This document shows, piece by piece, positions 26,232-40,897 of a DNA stretch of 48,253 bases. The DNA lies in assembly GCA_905211675.1 (NCBI GenBank), contig CAJMBP010000001.1, forward strand, positions 1-48,253, in the 5' to 3' direction. This DNA is from an uncultured Oscillospiraceae bacterium (lineage in GTDB: Bacteria; Bacillota; Clostridia; Oscillospirales; Acutalibacteraceae). Positions within the stretch are counted from its first letter, which is position 1; each line of letters opens with the position of its first letter. A model generated the notes under the pieces. The model saw only the letters and a program-made list of their open reading frames with translations. It ran no database searches and was not told the DNA's origin. Both the position numbers and the translations under genes were made by a program.

Positions 26232-27004
26232 TCAGTATAATTCGGGGCGTCGGTCACGAAATACGGGGATTTTTCCGCAAATTTCGGAAAACGCCTGTAT
26301 GTCGCAATCCGCCGTTATAATCTGCTGACCCTCACCGGCAATCGCCAATGTTTTGCCAAGCGGGTCAATAATCGAAGAATTTCCGCCGTAGAGCGTTCTA
26401 TCGGCTTGACCGCAGGAATTACAGCAAACGACAAATATTTGATTTTCAATAGCCCGTGCCGTTGTCAGACTGCGCAGATGAAAAACACGTTCGGCAGAGA
26501 TACAACAAAAAGCACATCAAGCCCCTGCAAAGCAAGGCGCCTCGTAAGCTCGGGAAAGCGCAGATCATAACAAATGATAACGCCGCACCTTACACCGTCA
26601 AGCGTAAAGCGGCACAGGCGGTCTCCCTTTGTGTAGTAATTGTCCTCTCCCATAGGGGTAAAAAGATGCGTTTTATCATAGCTTGCTATGCACTCGCCCT
26701 TTCGGTTAAAAACCGTAGCGGTATTAAACACCCTACCGTCACGAACATTTGACACCGATCCTGCAACAATGTTTACGCCGTATTTTTTTGCCAAGGCGCC
26801 TATACACAAATTTACCTCTTTGCAGTCATTGCAACACAGCTGATTAAGATTTTCTTTCGGAAAGAAGCCCGTATTCCATGTTTCGGGTAAAACCAAGACA
26901 TCGGGCTTTTGTTTTACCGCTTCGCTTATAAGCTTTTCGGCACGGCAAAAATTCTCTTGCGGCATGCCGAGCTTCATATCCATTTGCAGGCAGGCAACCC
27001 TCAT
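26232..27004 (-). pseudogene. Carbon-nitrogen hydrolase (nitrilase superfamily) gene interrupted by a frameshift; candidate glutaminase partner of NadE
   Basis: Frame A (27004-26465) encodes MRVACLQMD...LPETW(E)...YDKTHLF(K)...IICYDLRFPE(C)...LDVLFVVS, then a premature stop. A second frame, open from 26516 to 26232, encodes AERVFHLRSLTTARAIENQIFVVCCN...YGGNSSIIDPLG...FRDRRPELY*. Both frames are open across 26468-26516, so a single indel near 26490-26500 joins them. Confidence 0.75.
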
Positions 27005-27009
27005 AACCG

Positions 27010-28200
27010 TTACCCCTTTTTAAGCAGAGTGCAAAGTCGGTTTGCAGCTTCCTTTGTTTCTTCGGGATTGCCGAAGGTCGAAAAGCGGAAATAGCCTTTT
27101 CCGCATTCGCCGAAGCCGTCACCGGGTATGCCTACTACCTGAATTTCATTAAGCAGGTAATCGAAAAAGTCCCAACCGCTCATATTGTCGGGGCACTTCA
27201 TCCATATATACGGCGAATTTTTGCCGCCGACATACCAAATACCCGCGGCATCAAGCGCCTCCATAAAATATGAAGCATTTTTCTTGTAAACGCTTAAATT
27301 TTCGTGAATCTGACGCTGTCCTTCGGGGGTAAATACTGCTAAAGCACCCTTTTGAAGAATATAGGAAACGCCGTTTGTTCTGGTTTCGCGGTTGCGTGAC
27401 CACATTTCGTTTAAATTCATACCGCCGCGAACAAGATTGCACGGAACAACAGTGTAACCGAGTCGTGTGCCTGTAAAGCCTGCGGTTTTTGAGAGCGAAC
27501 AAATTTCAATAGCGCATGTATCCGCACCGTCTATTTCATAAATGCTGTGCGGAATATCGCTTTCCTCAATAAATATCTCATACGCCGCATCAAATAAAAT
27601 AACGGCACCGATTTCGTTTGCATAGTCAACCCAAGCCTTCAACTGACTGCGGTTAAACACAGCACCTGTTGGGTTATTAGGTGAACATATATAAATAATA
27701 TCTGTCTCTACATTTTTGTCGGGTTTTGGTAAAAAACCGTCTTTTTCTCCTGCGGCTAAATGAATAACCTTTCTGCCTGCGAGTATATTTGTGTCAACAT
27801 ATTCGGGATATGCAGGTTCAATTACCATTACGGTGTTGTCCCGTTCAAAAAGCTCGAGAATATCGCCTAAGTCATCACAAGCACCGCTTGAAACAAAAAT
27901 TTCATTCTGTGAAACCGAAGCGCCCATTTTGCCGTAATATTCCGCAATGGCGCGGCGAAGGTCGGCATCGCCTACCTCGGGCATATAACCGTGAAAGGTT
28001 GCGGCATTCGCCTGATCGTCAACCGCTTTATGAAGCGCTTTAATAACAGCGTCGCACAGCGGCAACGACACATCGCCCACACCCATTCTCAAAACATTTT
28101 TATCGGGATTTGCCTCGAGATACTCATTGGTTTTGCGATAGATTGTGTTAAACAAATATGTGTCTTTAAGTTCTTTGTATCTTGTGTTGGGTTTTAACAT
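27010..28200 (-). CDS. dapL: LL-diaminopimelate aminotransferase-like class I aminotransferase
   Basis: YLFNTI...LRMGVGDVSLPL, CSPNNPTG, the PLP-lysine block SLSKTAGFTGTRLGYTVVP, and GGKNSPYIWMKCP are DapL-type blocks. The protein is 396 aa. Confidence 0.8.
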   Translation of the reverse strand: MLKPNTRYKELKDTYLFNTIYRKTNEYLEANPDKNVLRMGVGDVSLPLCDAVIKALHKAVDDQANAATFHGYMPEVGDADLRRAIAEYYGKMGASVSQNEIFVSSGACDDLGDILELFERDNTVMVIEPAYPEYVDTNILAGRKVIHLAAGEKDGFLPKPDKNVETDIIYICSPNNPTGAVFNRSQLKAWVDYANEIGAVILFDAAYEIFIEESDIPHSIYEIDGADTCAIEICSLSKTAGFTGTRLGYTVVPCNLVRGGMNLNEMWSRNRETRTNGVSYILQKGALAVFTPEGQRQIHENLSVYKKNASYFMEALDAAGIWYVGGKNSPYIWMKCPDNMSGWDFFDYLLNEIQVVGIPGDGFGECGKGYFRFSTFGNPEETKEAANRLCTLLKKG

Positions 28201-28259
28201 ATTTTGTTTCTCCTTTGTATGTGTCAGCGGTATGTTAATGCTTTAATACCGTTATCGTA

Positions 28260-31200
28260 TTATTCGGCGTCAATAGTTGATATGCCCATTGTGACCTCTT
28301 CAAGCACATCAAGAAGCATTCTCACCGTGTCAAGTGAGGTAAGCATTGTAATGTTGTTCTGTGCCGCGCATTGGCGTATTGCAATGCCGTCACCGAAATG
28401 CTTGCCCGAAAGAATGGCGCGCGTGTTGATAACATAGCTGACATAGCCTGCGCGTATAGAATCCAATACCTCTTGACTGCCTTCGCTGGGTTTATGTCTT
28501 ATCCGCGTGCGAATTCCGTTTTCTTTCAAGACTTCGCCCGTAAGCGAAGTGGCTTCAATATTGAATCCCATATTGTAAAATCTGCGCACCAAAGGCAGTG
28601 TTTCTTCCTTGTCTTCGTCGGCAACGCTTACAAGCACCGTTCCGTAATTGCGAAGCTTAAGCCCCGACGCCACCATAGCCTTGTAAACCGCACGGTGAAG
28701 CTTTTTGTCGTAACCTATAGCCTCGCCCGTAGATTTCATTTCGGGCGAAAGGTAGGCGTCCATACCGCGAAGCTTTGAAAAGGAAAATGCCGGAGCCTTA
28801 ACATAATAGCGCTCCTTTTCTTTTGGATACCGAGCAAAAATTCCCTGCTCACTCAGCGACACACCTAAATTACATCGGGTTGCTATATCGGCAAGGCTGT
28901 AGCCCGTGGCTTTTGATAAAAACGGCACCGTTCTCGAAGAACGGGGATTAACCTCTATAATATAAACCTCGTCGTGTTCATCAACAATAAACTGTATATT
29001 GAAAAGTCCTATAATTCCAATTCCCAAACCGAGCTTTTCGGTATAATCGAGAATGGTGTTTTTAACCTTTTGCGAAATACTGTATGTGGGATATACGCTT
29101 ATAGAGTCACCCGAATGAACACCGGTTCGCTCAACAAGCTCCATAATACCCGGAACAAACACACGCTGACCGTCGCAAACCGCGTCAACCTCGACCTCTT
29201 TACCCTTAATGTATTTATCTACCAAAACGGGCTTATCAACATCAATTTCAACGGCGGTTTTAAGGTAATTACGCAGCGCCGCTTCCTTAGCGACTATCTG
29301 CATAGCTCTGCCGCCCAATACAAAGCTCGGGCGAACAAGCACAGGGTACCCGATTTCCTCGGCGGCCTTTACGCCCGCTTCTACGCTTGTCACCGCCCTG
29401 CCCTTAGGTTGCGGGATGCCCAGAGAGCTTAACAGCTTTTCAAAAGCATCACGGTTTTCGGCGCGCTCGATAGCGTCGCAATCCGTGCCGATTATCTTTA
29501 CGCCTCGGGCGCTGAGCGGCGCCGCCAAAGAGATAGCCGTTTGACCGCCCAGTGTTGCAATAACTCCCTCGGGCTTTTCGAGCTCTATAATATTCATAAC
29601 ATCTTCTACGCAAAGCGGCTCAAAATAAAGCTTATCCGAGCAGGTGTAGTCGGTAGAAACCGTTTCGGGATTGTTGTTTATAATAATTGCCTCATAGCCC
29701 GAAGCCTTTATGGTTTGCACCGCGTGAACGGTAGAATAGTCAAACTCTACACCCTGACCTATGCGTATGGGTCCCGAACCGAGCACAATGATTTTCTTTT
29801 TGTCAGAAACAACCGATTCGTTTTCCTGCTCATAGGTGGAATAAAAATACGGAATGTAACTTTCAAACTCCGAAGCGCAGGTGTCAATCATTTTATAAAC
29901 GGGAAGAATACCGTTTGCTTTTCTTAAATTGAAAACCTCTTCCTCGGTCATATTCCAAAACTGCGCGATAGCCTTGTCTGAAAAGCCCATCTTTTTAGCA
30001 CAGCGAAGCACATTTATATTTCCGCAGTTTTGTTTTACTTCATTTTCTTCATCTACAATATTACGCAGTTTGCGTATAAAAAATCTGTCAATCGCCGTTA
30101 TCTCGGCAATGCTGTCTATGCTTTCACCCAAACGCAAAAGGCGGGCAATCGCATAAATACGGTCGTCGGTACCTATTTTAATATAGTCACAAAGCTCGTC
30201 ACGGGTCATGCCGTCAAACCTGGCGTAATAAAGGTGACAAAGCCCTATTTCAAGAGAACGAATTGCTTTCAACAGGCTTTCTTCAACCGTTCTGCCTACG
30301 CTCATAACCTCGCCTGTGGCCTTCATCTGAGTAGAAAGCGAGTTGTTGGCGTCTGCAAATTTATCAAACGGAAAACGCGGCATTTTGGTAACAACATAGT
30401 CAAGCGCCGGCTCAAACGACGCGGGCGTGTTGGCAATTTGAATTTCGTCGAGCGTCATACCTACGCCGATTTTTGCCGATACGCGAGCTATAGGGTAACC
30501 GCTTGCCTTTGAGGCGAGAGCCGACGAACGCGAAACTCTCGGATTGACCTCAATTAAATAATACTTAAAAGAATTAGGGTCAAGTGCAAACTGCACATTG
30601 CAGCCGCCCTCAATTTTAAGCGCGCGAATAATTTTAAGCGCGCTGTCCCGCAGCATTTGATATTCCTTGTTAGTAAGCGTTTGAGAAGGGCAAACTACAA
30701 TGGAGTCGCCCGTGTGTATTCCGACAGGGTCAAGATTTTCCATATTACAAATAGTAATAGCGGTGTCGTTGCTGTCACGCATTACCTCATATTCGATTTC
30801 TTTATAACCCTTAATGCTCTTTTCGATAAGAACCTGATTCACAGGAGAAAGCGAAAGTGCATTTTTCATAAGCGGTAAAAACTCCGCCTCGTTATCGGCA
30901 AAGCCGCCGCCGGTTCCGCCGAGCGTAAAGGCAGGACGCAAAACTACGGGATAGCCGATTTTTTGTGCAACCGCCAAGCCCTCCTCAACAGAGCTTGCTA
31001 TGTCCGACGGCAAAACGGGCTCGCCCAATTCCTCGCAAAGCTCTTTAAACAACTCGCGGTCCTCGGCGCGCTCAATACTGCTGCTGCGGGTTCCGAGCAG
31101 TTCTGTGCGGCACTCTTCAAGAATGCCCTTCTTTTCAAGCTGCATTGCAAGGTTAAGCCCAGTCTGACCGCCGATACCCGGCAAAATTGCGTCGGGGCGC

Positions 31201-31442
31201 TCATAACGGATAATCTTCGCAATGTATTCAAGCGTCATCGGTTCCATATAAACCTTATCGGCAATAGAGGTATCGGTCATAATGGTAGCAGGATTGGAAT
31301 TGCACAGAACAACCTCATAGCCCTCTTCCTTTAAAGCGATGCACGCCTGTGTTCCCGCATAGTCGAATTCAGCCGCCTGACCTATAACAATAGGCCCCGA
31401 ACCGATAACAAGCACTTTTTTGATATCTGTTCTTTTAGGCAT
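28260..31442 (-). CDS. carB: Carbamoyl-phosphate synthase large subunit
   Basis: The 1060-aa protein has duplicated ATP-grasp halves ([24 protein letters not shown] / [19 protein letters not shown]) and a C-terminal MGS-like domain. Confidence 0.97.
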   Translation of the reverse strand: MPKRTDIKKVLVIGSGPIVIGQAAEFDYAGTQACIALKEEGYEVVLCNSNPATIMTDTSIADKVYMEPMTLEYIAKIIRYERPDAILPGIGGQTGLNLAMQLEKKGILEECRTELLGTRSSSIERAEDRELFKELCEELGEPVLPSDIASSVEEGLAVAQKIGYPVVLRPAFTLGGTGGGFADNEAEFLPLMKNALSLSPVNQVLIEKSIKGYKEIEYEVMRDSNDTAITICNMENLDPVGIHTGDSIVVCPSQTLTNKEYQMLRDSALKIIRALKIEGGCNVQFALDPNSFKYYLIEVNPRVSRSSALASKASGYPIARVSAKIGVGMTLDEIQIANTPASFEPALDYVVTKMPRFPFDKFADANNSLSTQMKATGEVMSVGRTVEESLLKAIRSLEIGLCHLYYARFDGMTRDELCDYIKIGTDDRIYAIARLLRLGESIDSIAEITAIDRFFIRKLRNIVDEENEVKQNCGNINVLRCAKKMGFSDKAIAQFWNMTEEEVFNLRKANGILPVYKMIDTCASEFESYIPYFYSTYEQENESVVSDKKKIIVLGSGPIRIGQGVEFDYSTVHAVQTIKASGYEAIIINNNPETVSTDYTCSDKLYFEPLCVEDVMNIIELEKPEGVIATLGGQTAISLAAPLSARGVKIIGTDCDAIERAENRDAFEKLLSSLGIPQPKGRAVTSVEAGVKAAEEIGYPVLVRPSFVLGGRAMQIVAKEAALRNYLKTAVEIDVDKPVLVDKYIKGKEVEVDAVCDGQRVFVPGIMELVERTGVHSGDSISVYPTYSISQKVKNTILDYTEKLGLGIGIIGLFNIQFIVDEHDEVYIIEVNPRSSRTVPFLSKATGYSLADIATRCNLGVSLSEQGIFARYPKEKERYYVKAPAFSFSKLRGMDAYLSPEMKSTGEAIGYDKKLHRAVYKAMVASGLKLRNYGTVLVSVADEDKEETLPLVRRFYNMGFNIEATSLTGEVLKENGIRTRIRHKPSEGSQEVLDSIRAGYVSYVINTRAILSGKHFGDGIAIRQCAAQNNITMLTSLDTVRMLLDVLEEVTMGISTIDAE

Positions 31443-32529
31443 TTTTGAATTCCTCCATCAATTTTATAAAGCAGTCAAACAAATAGGCGCTGTCCTGCGG
31501 ACCGGGTGCGCTTTCGGGATGATACTGAACGCTGAACACTTTATCTTTATCGCATTTCACGCCTTCTACGGTATTGTCAAGCAGATTTATATGCGTTACC
31601 GAAAGCGGAGTGTTTTTAAGGCTTTCGGCGTCAACCGCATAGGAATGATTTTGCGAAGTGATTTCAATTTTATTTGTTTCAAGATTTCTGACGGGATGAT
31701 TACCGCCGCGGTGTCCGAACTTCAATTTATAGGTTTTAGCCCCGTAAGCCAAGGATATAATTTGATGGCCGAGACAAATACCGAAAATAGGATACCTACC
31801 TATCAGTTCTTTTATTGTCTCAACTGTTTGCGGCACATCGGTAGGGTCGCCCGGACCGTTTGAAATAAAAATTCCGTCGGGGTCAAGTGCCATTATCGCC
31901 TCGGCAGGCGTGTTCCACGGAACTGCCGTTACCTTACAGCCGCGTTTGTTAAGTGAGCGTACTATGTTCATTTTCATACCGCAGTCAATGGCTACCACTC
32001 GGTAATTCTGTTTTTCGGCATTGTGAATGGCAATTTTATCACAGCTTACCCTCGATACTGCGTCGGTAGGCAGCTTTGCAGATTTTAAAATTTTAAGTCC
32101 GTCCTCTAAAGAAGTGGTAACATCGGTTATAAGAACCTTTTGACTGCCATAGTCACGAATTGAGCGATTCAGCTTTCTTGTGTCAACGCCGTATATTCCG
32201 ACAACGCCGAAGCGCTTCATTACATCGGACAGCGTTTGTGTGCTTCTGAAATTAGAGGGCTCATCGTTGTACTCATGAACTATAAGCGCGCCGATTGTAA
32301 TATTATCTCTTTCAAAGTCGTCGTCAGCCATACCGTAATTACCTATAAGCGGATAGGTCATAACTACAGCCTGATCGGTATATGACGGATCTGAAAGTAT
32401 TTCCTGATAACCTACCATAGAGGTGTTAAAAACAATTTCAAGTACACACTGCCTGTCTGCACCGAAGCCATAGCCTAAATATTCTCGGCCGTCCTCTAAA
32501 ATCAGTTTTTTGTCAAATTCTTTTATCAT
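31435..32529 (-). CDS. carA: Carbamoyl-phosphate synthase small (glutaminase) subunit
   Basis: The class I GATase triad context is [10 protein letters not shown] ... QYHPE. I placed the start at ATG 32529 (MIKEFDKK) after AAGGTGA. There is an 8-nt overlap with carB. Confidence 0.95.
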   Translation of the reverse strand: MIKEFDKKLILEDGREYLGYGFGADRQCVLEIVFNTSMVGYQEILSDPSYTDQAVVMTYPLIGNYGMADDDFERDNITIGALIVHEYNDEPSNFRSTQTLSDVMKRFGVVGIYGVDTRKLNRSIRDYGSQKVLITDVTTSLEDGLKILKSAKLPTDAVSRVSCDKIAIHNAEKQNYRVVAIDCGMKMNIVRSLNKRGCKVTAVPWNTPAEAIMALDPDGIFISNGPGDPTDVPQTVETIKELIGRYPIFGICLGHQIISLAYGAKTYKLKFGHRGGNHPVRNLETNKIEITSQNHSYAVDAESLKNTPLSVTHINLLDNTVEGVKCDKDKVFSVQYHPESAPGPQDSAYLFDCFIKLMEEFKNA

Positions 32530-32539
32530 AACCGTCACC

Positions 32540-35643
<3,104 letters not shown>

Positions 35644-35683
35644 TCATAGGTTGGGTATGTAGGTTTTTTTACGACACTATATG

Positions 35684-37216
35684 TTATTCCCATTCAACCG
35701 TTGCCGGAGGTTTTGAGGTTATATCATAAACCACTCTTGATATTCCCTTAATTTCGTTTGTGATACGGCTGCTGGCCTTTTCAAGCACCTCGTAAGGCAG
35801 TCTTGTCCACTCGGCCGTCATAAAATCATCGGTGGTAACCGCACGCAGCGCTACGGTGTAGCCGTAGGTTCTTGCGTCACCCATAACACCCACCGAGCGA
35901 AGATCGGTAAGCACGGCAAAATACTGATTTGTACTGCCTTCAAGTCCTGCGTTTGCAATCTCTTCACGGAAAATTGCGTCGGCTTCTCTTAACAGGTCTA
36001 ATTTTTCTTTTGTGATTTCACCGATAACCCGAACCGCAAGTCCGGGGCCGGGGAAGGGCTGACGCCATACAAGCTCATGCGGAATTCCGAGTTGAGCTCC
36101 GGTTTCACGCACCTCGTCCTTAAACAAATCGCGAAGCGGCTCAACAATTTCATCAAAGTCGATTACATCGGGGAGCCCGCCCACATTGTGGTGGCTTTTA
36201 ATAACCGCCGAATCGCCCTTTCCGCTTTCAATAACATCGGGATATATTGTTCCCTGCACAAGCACATTCATTTTGCCCAACTTGTTTGCCGTGTCCTCAA
36301 ACACACGAATAAATTCTTCACCGATGATTTTACGCTTTTTTTCGGGCTCGGTAACGCCTTTAAGCTTTTGAAGAAATCTCTGCTCGGCGTTTACTCTTAT
36401 AAGGTTAATTCCGAACTGCTTGCCGAATGTATGCTCAACAAAATCGCCCTCGTCTTTACGAAGAAGTCCGTGGTCAACAAACACACAGGTAAGATTGTCA
36501 CCTATTGCTTTGTGCAAAAGAACAGCGGCAACCGAGCTGTCAACACCGCCCGAAAGAGCGAGAAGCACCTTTTTGCCGTCAAGCTCTTTTTTGTATTTTT
36601 CTACAGACGCTTCAACAAAGTTTTCCATTTTCCAATCTGCTTTGCACCCGCAGATTTCAAAAATAAAGTTATGAAGCATTTGCTTTCCGTAAACGGTGTG
36701 TGTAACCTCGGGGTGAAACTGCACGCCGTAAAGCTTTCTGCCCGCATCGCACATGGCGGCACAGGGGCATTTTGCCGTATGGGCTATTGTAACAAAGCCT
36801 TTAGGCGGCGTTTTTACATAATCGGTATGGCTCATCCAGCAAACACTTTCGGCAGGCACCTTATTAAACAAAACATTTTCTTGTGTGAACACGGTTGTCT
36901 TACCGTACTCGCTGCTGTTTTCGGCCGAGGTGATTTCGCCGCCCGCCATATATGCCATAAGCTGATCGCCGTAGCATATACCTAAAATCGGCACACCCAA
37001 ATCAAGAATTTGCGGGTCATAATGCGGTGATTTTTCATCATAAACGCTGTTGGGACCGCCTGTAAAAATTATGCCCTTGTAGCCTGTATTTTTAATTTCA
37101 TCGGGCGTAATTTTGTTGTACGGCTTTATCTCCGCATATACCTGCTCGGCACGAACCCTTCGGGCAATTAGCTGGTTGTACTGACCGCCGAAATCCAAAA
37201 CAAGAATTTTATCCAC
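35684..37216 (-). CDS. guaA: GMP synthase (glutamine-hydrolysing)
   Basis: The GTG start follows AGGTGA. GATase blocks are ILGICYGDQ and QFHPEV. The PP-loop is [11 protein letters not shown]. The C-terminus is ...PPATVEWE. Confidence 0.97.
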   Translation of the reverse strand: MDKILVLDFGGQYNQLIARRVRAEQVYAEIKPYNKITPDEIKNTGYKGIIFTGGPNSVYDEKSPHYDPQILDLGVPILGICYGDQLMAYMAGGEITSAENSSEYGKTTVFTQENVLFNKVPAESVCWMSHTDYVKTPPKGFVTIAHTAKCPCAAMCDAGRKLYGVQFHPEVTHTVYGKQMLHNFIFEICGCKADWKMENFVEASVEKYKKELDGKKVLLALSGGVDSSVAAVLLHKAIGDNLTCVFVDHGLLRKDEGDFVEHTFGKQFGINLIRVNAEQRFLQKLKGVTEPEKKRKIIGEEFIRVFEDTANKLGKMNVLVQGTIYPDVIESGKGDSAVIKSHHNVGGLPDVIDFDEIVEPLRDLFKDEVRETGAQLGIPHELVWRQPFPGPGLAVRVIGEITKEKLDLLREADAIFREEIANAGLEGSTNQYFAVLTDLRSVGVMGDARTYGYTVALRAVTTDDFMTAEWTRLPYEVLEKASSRITNEIKGISRVVYDITSKPPATVEWE

Positions 37217-37231
37217 TGTATCACCTGTTCC

Positions 37232-38647
37232 TTACAGATTGATTGTTGCCGACTTTCCGTCAGCGTCCGCGATAAGCGGTTTAATTTTATTCACAAACGC
37301 AGTCACCTGTTCGGGGCATCTGCCTATATATAAGCTCGGGTTAAGAAGCTCGGTCATCTCTTGCTCGGAAAGCCCGAATTCTTTTTCGGCCGCCAAGCGT
37401 GAAAGCAGGTCGCATTGCTCGCCGTTTTTCATTTTTGCCGTAGCCTCCATAGAGCATTTGCGTATAATTTCATGAAGCTGCTGACGGTCGCCGCCGCGCT
37501 TAACAGCCTCCATCATCAAATTTTCAGTTGCAATAAACGGCAAATACTCTCTTACCGTTTTTTCTATAACCTTTTCATTCACATTAAGTCCGTCGGTAAT
37601 ATTTTGCGCAAGTCGAAGAACAGCGTCGGCGCAAAGCATGCCCTCGGGCAGTGAAATACGGCGGTTTGCAGAGTCGTCGAGCGTTCTTTCAAGCCACTGC
37701 GTCGAAGCAGTTATGGGAGCGTTCATAGCGTCTGCCATAAGATAACGCGAAAGCGAGCAAATGCGCTCACTGCGCATGGGGTTGCGTTTATATGCCATTG
37801 CCGAAGAGCCTATCTGATTTTTTTCAAAGGGCTCTTCAACCTGACGGTCATGCTGTAAAAGGCGTATGTCGTTTGCCATGCGGTAACAGCTTTGCGCAAT
37901 AGAAGAAAGGGCATTTAAAATGCGGCTGTCAACCTTACGCGGATATGTTTGCCCCGACACATCAAAGCACTCGTCAAACCCGAAATCTGCGGCAATCATA
38001 CGGTTCATTTCATCAATTTTAGCCGAGTCGCCTTCAAATAGATCCATAAAGCTTGCCTCGGTGCCCGTTGTTCCGCGGCAGCCTAAAAATTTAATATTTT
38101 CAATAGCAAAATCAATTTCTTTAAGGTCGGAGAGAAAATCCTGCATCCAAAGTGTTGCGCGCTTACCCACCGTTACAAGCTGTGCCGGCTGATAGTGAGT
38201 ATATCCGAGCGTGGGCAAGGCTTTATACTTTTCGGCAAAATCCGCAAGGTTTGCCAAAACGCCCAAAAGCTCCGAGCGTAAATATTTAAGCGCGTCACGG
38301 TAAATTACAAGGTCGGCATTGTCGGTTACATAACAGCTTGTAGCGCCTAAATGTATAATTCCCGCAGCGGTCGGAGCAACCTTGCCGTAAGCGTAAACAT
38401 GCGCCATAACATCGTGACGCACCTCTTTTTCACGGCGGCTTACACAGTCATAGTCAATATCGGTAATGTGTGCCGACAGCTCGTCAATCTGCTCTTGTGT
38501 AATGGGAAGCCCCAAGGCTTTTTCAGCCTTTGCGAGCGAAACCCAAAGCCTGCGCCATGTTTGATACCTTGTGTCAGAGGAAAAAAGTTCAAGCATATAA
38601 TCGGAAGCATAGCGTGATGATAATGGTGATTCATATCGGTTAGTCAT
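37232..38647 (-). CDS. purB: Adenylosuccinate lyase
   Basis: The N-terminus is RYESPLSSRYAS. The fumarate-lyase signature is GSSAMAYKRNP. The protein is 471 aa. Confidence 0.96.
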   Translation of the reverse strand: MTNRYESPLSSRYASDYMLELFSSDTRYQTWRRLWVSLAKAEKALGLPITQEQIDELSAHITDIDYDCVSRREKEVRHDVMAHVYAYGKVAPTAAGIIHLGATSCYVTDNADLVIYRDALKYLRSELLGVLANLADFAEKYKALPTLGYTHYQPAQLVTVGKRATLWMQDFLSDLKEIDFAIENIKFLGCRGTTGTEASFMDLFEGDSAKIDEMNRMIAADFGFDECFDVSGQTYPRKVDSRILNALSSIAQSCYRMANDIRLLQHDRQVEEPFEKNQIGSSAMAYKRNPMRSERICSLSRYLMADAMNAPITASTQWLERTLDDSANRRISLPEGMLCADAVLRLAQNITDGLNVNEKVIEKTVREYLPFIATENLMMEAVKRGGDRQQLHEIIRKCSMEATAKMKNGEQCDLLSRLAAEKEFGLSEQEMTELLNPSLYIGRCPEQVTAFVNKIKPLIADADGKSATINL

Positions 38648-38673
38648 GTTGTGTCTCCTTAATTTTTAACATT

Positions 38674-39948
38674 TTATCTGACAATAATGCTGTCTCTTTC
38701 GGGACCTACCGATACATACTTGATGTGACAGCCTATTTGTTGCTCGATAAAACTTACATAATCTTTTGCCGCCTGCGGCAGTCCGTCCCAAGTGCGAACG
38801 CCCGAAATATCGCATTTCCAGCCGTCGAAGTATTCTATAATCGGTTTTGCATTTTTTAACGCCGACGGGAACGGAAATTCGTCTGTCTGTTCGCCGTTAA
38901 GTTCATAATGAGTGCAAACGGGTATTTTATCCATATAGCTTAAAACATCAAGCTTTGTAAGCGCTATGGAGCTTGCGGCCTGAACCTCAACGCCGTACCT
39001 TGTGGCAACTATGTCAATAGGCCCTACTCTGCGCGGTCTGCCGGTCTTTGCACCGTATTCAAAACCGTTTTTGCGAAGCTCCTCGGCTTCTTCGCCGAAC
39101 ATTTCGCACACAAACGGACCTTCGCCCACACAGGTGGAATATGCCTTTACAACACCTACTACATCATCAATTTTCGCGCTCGGAAGACCCGAACCCATGG
39201 GAGCATACGCCGCCGTGGTGTTTGAAGATGTGGTGTAAGGGTATATGCCATAATCTAAATCTCTTAAAGAGCCGAGTTGTGCTTCAAAAAGAATATTCTT
39301 GCCGCTGTTTTGTGCCTGCTTTAAAAATACCCCCGTATTGCAAACATACGGTTTTATCTTTTCACAGTAATTTTCAAGCCATTCTTCAAGCATTTCCATA
39401 GTATAGGGCTTTGCACCGTACACTCTTGTAAGGGTAAGATTTTTCCATTCCATCAGGTCGGCAAGGTGGGCCTTAAGCTCTTCGGGGTAAAAAAGCTCGC
39501 CTGCAAGAACGGTCTTTTTTTGATATTTGTCGGAATAAAAAGGCGCTATGCCCTGCTTGGTAGAGCCGTATTTTTTATCGGCAAGGCGCATTTCCTCAAG
39601 CTCGTCCATATCGCGGTGCCAAGGAAGCAGCAATGACGCGCGGTCGCTGATTTTAAGATTATCGGGGGTAAGTGCCACTCCCTTTGACATAACATCATTC
39701 ATTTCTGACCACAAATTTTCGGGGTCAACCGCCACGCCGTTTCCCAGAATATTTACCACATCGGGTCTGAATATGCCCGAAGGTAAAAGGTGAAGCGCAA
39801 ATTTACCACATTCGTTAATAACCGTGTGACCGGCATTGCCGCCGCCCTGAAAACGAACTACAACATCATAGTCTTTTGTAAGTAAATCGACCATTCGGCC
39901 CTTGCCTTCATCGCCCCAGTTAATACCTACGATTGCACAGTTTGACAT
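38674..39948 (-). CDS. purA: Adenylosuccinate synthase
   Basis: The P-loop is GINWGDEGKG. GGGNAGHT and GAKTGRPRR are further family blocks. The protein is 424 aa. Confidence 0.96.
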   Translation of the reverse strand: MSNCAIVGINWGDEGKGRMVDLLTKDYDVVVRFQGGGNAGHTVINECGKFALHLLPSGIFRPDVVNILGNGVAVDPENLWSEMNDVMSKGVALTPDNLKISDRASLLLPWHRDMDELEEMRLADKKYGSTKQGIAPFYSDKYQKKTVLAGELFYPEELKAHLADLMEWKNLTLTRVYGAKPYTMEMLEEWLENYCEKIKPYVCNTGVFLKQAQNSGKNILFEAQLGSLRDLDYGIYPYTTSSNTTAAYAPMGSGLPSAKIDDVVGVVKAYSTCVGEGPFVCEMFGEEAEELRKNGFEYGAKTGRPRRVGPIDIVATRYGVEVQAASSIALTKLDVLSYMDKIPVCTHYELNGEQTDEFPFPSALKNAKPIIEYFDGWKCDISGVRTWDGLPQAAKDYVSFIEQQIGCHIKYVSVGPERDSIIVR

Positions 39949-39961
39949 AAATATACCCCTT

Positions 39962-40675
39962 TTATATACGCTCGGTAAGGCGTTTCATTACTTCGGCATA
40001 AGCATCTTCAACTCCGCCGAGGTCACGGCGGAATCTGTCTTTGTCAAGCTTTTCGCCGGTTTTTGTGTCCCACAGTCTGCAGGTGTCGGGGCTTATTTCA
40101 TCGGCAAGCACAATGGTGCCGTCCGACAGTCTGCCGAATTCCAACTTAAAGTCAACCAATGTTACGCCGCACTCGGCCCAAAACGCTTTAAGCTGCTCAT
40201 TTACACCGAAAGCATACCTTTTGATTGTTTCAATTTCATCTGCGGTGGCAAGCTTCATGGCGATAGCGTGATAGCTGTTCATGAGCGGGTCGCCGAGTTC
40301 ATCGTTTTTATAAGAAAATTCAATAGTCGGTGCTTCAAAAACAAAGCCTTCCTCAACACCGTAACGCTTTGAAAACGAGCCTGCGGCAATGTTGCGTATA
40401 ATAACTTCTAACGGTACAATCGAAACCTTTTTCACAACAGTTTCGCGGTCGTTAATTTCTTCGACATAGTGGGTTGGAATGCCCGCCTTTTCAAGACGCT
40501 CCATAAGAAGATTGCTAATTCGGTTGTTGATAACGCCCTTGCCTGCGATTGTTCCCTTTTTGAGCCCGTTAAACGCCGTGGCATCGTCTTTATAAGAAAC
40601 GATAAGCAGTTCGGGGTTCTCGGTCGCAAACACTTTTTTTGCTTTTCCTTCGTACAGCTGTTCTCTTTTGGTCAT
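39962..40675 (-). CDS. purC: Phosphoribosylaminoimidazole-succinocarboxamide (SAICAR) synthase
   Basis: LYEGKAK.VF, EVIIRNIAAGS and ADEISPDTCRLWD are family blocks. The RBS is GGAGG. Confidence 0.96.
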   Translation of the reverse strand: MTKREQLYEGKAKKVFATENPELLIVSYKDDATAFNGLKKGTIAGKGVINNRISNLLMERLEKAGIPTHYVEEINDRETVVKKVSIVPLEVIIRNIAAGSFSKRYGVEEGFVFEAPTIEFSYKNDELGDPLMNSYHAIAMKLATADEIETIKRYAFGVNEQLKAFWAECGVTLVDFKLEFGRLSDGTIVLADEISPDTCRLWDTKTGEKLDKDRFRRDLGGVEDAYAEVMKRLTERI

Positions 40676-40725
40676 AGTTTATATACCTCCAAATATTATT
40701 AACGGCCTTAAATAATAACGCCTTT

Positions 40726-40782
40726 AAAAACAAGAAAACGGCAATGACGTTTTAATGAGCAAACATTAAAGACGCCTTTGCC
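40726..40782 (-). promoter_or_regulatory. Terminator-like hairpin plus U-tract inside the purC-operon leader (candidate attenuator)
   Basis: On the minus strand: GGCAA-A-GGCGT-C-TTTAATG [TTTGCT] CATTAAA-ACGTC-A-TTGCC. That is about 17 bp with one mismatch and one bulge and a hexaloop. It is followed by GTTTTCTTGTTTTT and begins about 8 nt after the predicted transcription start. Confidence 0.55.
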
Positions 40783-40796
40783 TTTTTTACCCGAAT

Positions 40797-40825
40797 ATTA
40801 TACTCTTTTTATCGGAATTTGTCAA
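40797..40825 (-). promoter_or_regulatory. SigA-type promoter of the purC...nadE operon
   Basis: On the minus strand: TTGACA (40825-40820), a 17-nt spacer, TATAAT (40802-40797); both hexamers match the consensus exactly. Confidence 0.6.
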
Positions 40826-40897
40826 CCACTTAAGGCAAGGTTTTAAAAAAATCTGAAGTCCGAAAAAAATTTATGCCACAGTCTGTCAACAAACATT

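Noticed and set aside
26465-27004. The 179-aa ORF as an intact short nitrilase-family protein.
   Set aside because: The conserved C-terminal third of the fold continues without stops in a different frame down to 26232. The ORF is therefore the 5' part of a frameshifted gene.
36077-36985. A 302-aa ORF on the plus strand, antisense to guaA. Similar long antisense ORFs lie at 45525..46490, 3601..4203, 524..1150 and 22338..22940.
   Set aside because: Each lies wholly opposite a gene with unmistakable conserved motifs. None has an RBS. Their composition is low-complexity and rich in R/K/F/N, typical of shadow frames. No domain motif is recognisable.
40676-40796. A purine (G-box) riboswitch, ZTP/pfl motif or PurR PurBox upstream of purC.
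   Set aside because: There is no three-way junction with the conserved UAUA...CUAC purine-aptamer loop and junction elements. There are no GGGUCGUGAC/CCGCCUGGGC ZTP elements and no CCGAAC PurBox core. Only about 8 nt of RNA precede the hairpin. This was judged by eye only, so a covariance-model scan is still advisable.
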